In this document: in pieces, positions 30,659 to 32,765 of the stretch
How the letters are laid out: each line of letters begins with the position of its first letter
Numbering within the stretch: the stretch's first letter is position 1
Source of the DNA: Cyanobacteria bacterium P01_D01_bin.156
GTDB taxonomy: Bacteria; Cyanobacteriota; Cyanobacteriia; Phormidesmidales; Phormidesmidaceae
Reading direction: 5' to 3'
Assembly: GCA_039024555.1 (NCBI GenBank)
Contig: JBCCQQ010000066.1
Location: forward strand, 1-32,765
DNA length: 32,765 bases
Notes under the pieces: model-generated
What the model was told of the DNA's origin: nothing
Database searches by the model: none
The model's input: the letters and a program-made list of their open reading frames with translations, nothing else
Translations under genes and position numbers: made by a program

Positions 30659-31966
30659 CTAGGGGTTTAACCATACTTGGTTGGGGTGAGTGATCAGCCG
30701 AGCATTACTGTAAGCCATATCCATAGTTAGCGCTGTCCGAATACGGTAGAGCTTATTAGGCTTGTCCTTATCCGCAACCAGAGCCAAATCTGCTTGCGTA
30801 CGTTTATCTATGTAAACAGGTAACAAAAGCTGCACCTTACTGTGGGCAGGGTACCAACAAGGAACCGCCAACTTATAGTTGCGTATACATCTATCTTTAA
30901 ATGCACGAACTTCATTTTGAATCGCTGACATCGCCAGTTTGGCATTATCCCGAATGGATACCGGTAAACGCTCACGGTTTTTAGGATCGTCAACAATGTG
31001 TCGGATATTAATATCGATATCGTAACTAACATCAAAGAATAGATCGCTGATATCCTCTGCATAGGAAGCGATGGTCGGTAGTGAGGCCCGAAATGCATCA
31101 AGTTTTAGATCATAGCTATCTACCCAACCGTTGAAATACCATTCTTCAGCAGTTTCTTTACGGTTTTTGGAAAACACCGCATAAATATCTTTTTCTTGAG
31201 CTGTCTGCAATCCGGTATTAAAGCAGGCTCTATCGTCAAAAACATGCACTTTGTTCTGCTGCAGTAGACGAATAAAGGTGAAATTTAAATAGTTAATTAG
31301 AATAGGAACATCATTCTCTTTTTTCCGAAATTCTTCCCTTTGAAAGTTCCAACTTTCTGGCTTAGCAATGTTAGCTAGCTGCTGAAAAGGAGCAAGCCAC
31401 GTTTCCCTTTGTTTTCGTCCATAGGGGAAGAAAGCAAAAATCTCTTCACTGGGCTGAGAGGGATAACGCCGAAAAAGGCTTTTATAATATCGAAATGCCT
31501 CAGGATCTGTAGGCTCAACAACTGTTTTAACATCCCTAGGAGAAGGTCTTGGTGAAGCAGGCACAGGGAGCAATGGTGTATCGTGCGCGCGCCTAGGAGC
31601 CAAGCCTGGAGGCACGTCCAGCAATCCTATCTCGCGCACTATCTGCTGTCTAAGTACGGTAATTGTGCCTGCAGCTTGACATTGAGAACAGCGCGCCTGC
31701 AGAGGTCTCCCATAGCCAGCCTTTAAATGGCCAACTTTCTCAAAATGACATTGACTACACTTAAAACGAGCAGCTACCAATGCTGATGATGGCTTTTGGT
31801 GGATAGGCAAACCCTGAGGCTGATCAAGTGTTTTTTTAGAAATACTCTTGAGTCGATTAAAACATCCACACTGAGGACATTTTATTGGTTTATGGAGTTG
31901 TTCTGGTGTAGCTTTAACTGTTTTTTGTAGACCACAGTATAGACATTTAAATAAAGAAACTACCAT
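30659..31966 (-). CDS. Double zinc-ribbon + DUF3825-like protein
   Basis: Four CxxC motifs (CLYC, CPQC, CSQC, CSQC); C-terminal PESW..ILINYL..FNTGL..QLLLP..MAYSNARLI..WL pattern recalled for DUF3825. Confidence 0.7.
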   Translation of the reverse strand: MVVSLFKCLYCGLQKTVKATPEQLHKPIKCPQCGCFNRLKSISKKTLDQPQGLPIHQKPSSALVAARFKCSQCHFEKVGHLKAGYGRPLQARCSQCQAAGTITVLRQQIVREIGLLDVPPGLAPRRAHDTPLLPVPASPRPSPRDVKTVVEPTDPEAFRYYKSLFRRYPSQPSEEIFAFFPYGRKQRETWLAPFQQLANIAKPESWNFQREEFRKKENDVPILINYLNFTFIRLLQQNKVHVFDDRACFNTGLQTAQEKDIYAVFSKNRKETAEEWYFNGWVDSYDLKLDAFRASLPTIASYAEDISDLFFDVSYDIDINIRHIVDDPKNRERLPVSIRDNAKLAMSAIQNEVRAFKDRCIRNYKLAVPCWYPAHSKVQLLLPVYIDKRTQADLALVADKDKPNKLYRIRTALTMDMAYSNARLITHPNQVWLNP

Positions 31967-32094
31967 TATTCTTTCTCTATATCAGCCAGGTCACTGTTTT
32001 CTAGAAATCTTCTAGCGTTAGAAACGTCTGGCGTTAGTGCCTCCCTATCAAGAAATCGCTACAGATCTTCAAAGGTGACAACAATTTTTTCTTT

Positions 32095-32185
32095 ACCGTT
32101 GCTGATTTAGAGGATAAAACAATCCGAACACAATGATGCTTATCAGTGTGCTCAGACTCAATTATTACCAAGGATCAATAACGCT
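32095..32185. mobile_element. Degenerate third copy of the ~90-bp MITE
   Basis: accgttgctgatttagaggata ... ttattaccaaggatcaataacgct; 91 bp like the 11672 copy. Confidence 0.6.
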
Positions 32186-32562
32186 ATTTACTTATAAAAG
32201 TTAGACTTTGAGTTTATGTGTAAGATTCACCCTAGATTGGAACAGACTTATCGGTAGCCCTAATGTATATTGTTTTTTGAACACTCTATCAGTCATCACC
32301 AGGCTAATATCCTGTAAATGAACTTAGGGTATTCCTTAGATTTTCTGTCAGAGTAGTCGGTATAAATGTTATTGACTTAAATTATCTCCTAAGGTTTCCT
32401 TTATGTAATTTTGGAAACCCTCAATAGCTTCAGACTTAGCATTAGCAGGGACCCTGACCTTTATTAGCGCAGATGTTCTCTTTCACTTACAAAATTTGTG
32501 TTTTGATACAGGACAACCCTGGCTTAGCTCATACAAATAACACATGGAAAACCTAATATATG

Positions 32563-32604
32563 AAGCGGGCAGCCTCCACTCTACGAAAAGAAGGCTGCCC
32601 GCTT
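32563..32604. terminator. Strong hairpin next to IS end
   Basis: aagcgggcagcct / aggctgcccgctt 13-bp stem. Confidence 0.6.
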
Positions 32605-32627
32605 TATTAGCAGATGGAAGTCTAGCT

Positions 32628-32765
32628 TAGGAATAGGGATTTAATAACTTCCAGTTTTATATTTGTTGTGGTTGAGCAACATAATTCCATTGAGGTAGAT
32701 AGTCATCGAAGCGAATGGGCATCTGAGCCTTAAACTCATCGGTAGCTTTACGTCCGGTCTCATAG
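32628..32765 (-). mobile_element. 3' end of ISAzo13-like insertion sequence (transposase C-terminus 32657-32765 plus probable terminal repeat)
   Basis: Minus strand reads YETGRKATDEFKAQMPIRFDDYLPQWNYVAQPQQI*, resembling the ISAzo13 transposase C-terminus (YETG.K...WNY); followed by a short end sequence taggaatagggatttaataacttcc on the plus strand. Confidence 0.7.

Overview
Cyanobacterial chromosome segment (frequent HIP1 GCGATCGC octamers, cyanobacteria-type genes, heptamer repeats suggestive of a filamentous strain). The centre is mostly housekeeping: miaE, coaD-cdv3-ruvA, a divergent P-II, rnc, amidase, pyrG, aspS, an adenosine deaminase-family gene divergent from purA, rplY, ftrV, a PP2C phosphatase, nfeD-SPFH, zur and purS-purQ. 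The left end holds the most interesting locus, a minus-strand pair of STAND-like (AAA_35) NTPases. One is an effector-only CHAT(caspase-like)-TIR-AAA protein. The other is a sensor-only AAA-TM-coiled coil-WD40 protein (missing from the ORF track, runs off the window) whose WD40 repeats are almost identical in DNA and differ only at a few non-synonymous codons. The right end has a zinc-ribbon/DUF3825-like gene and the 3' end of an ISAzo13-like IS. Non-coding DNA contains a ~90-bp MITE family (3 copies, one with an 8-bp target duplication), inverted heptamer arrays, GC-rich hairpin repeats (one in frame inside a CDS), a 38-bp triplication of the ruvA 3' end and a 15-bp tandem repeat. All family assignments are from motif recognition by eye; no searches were run.
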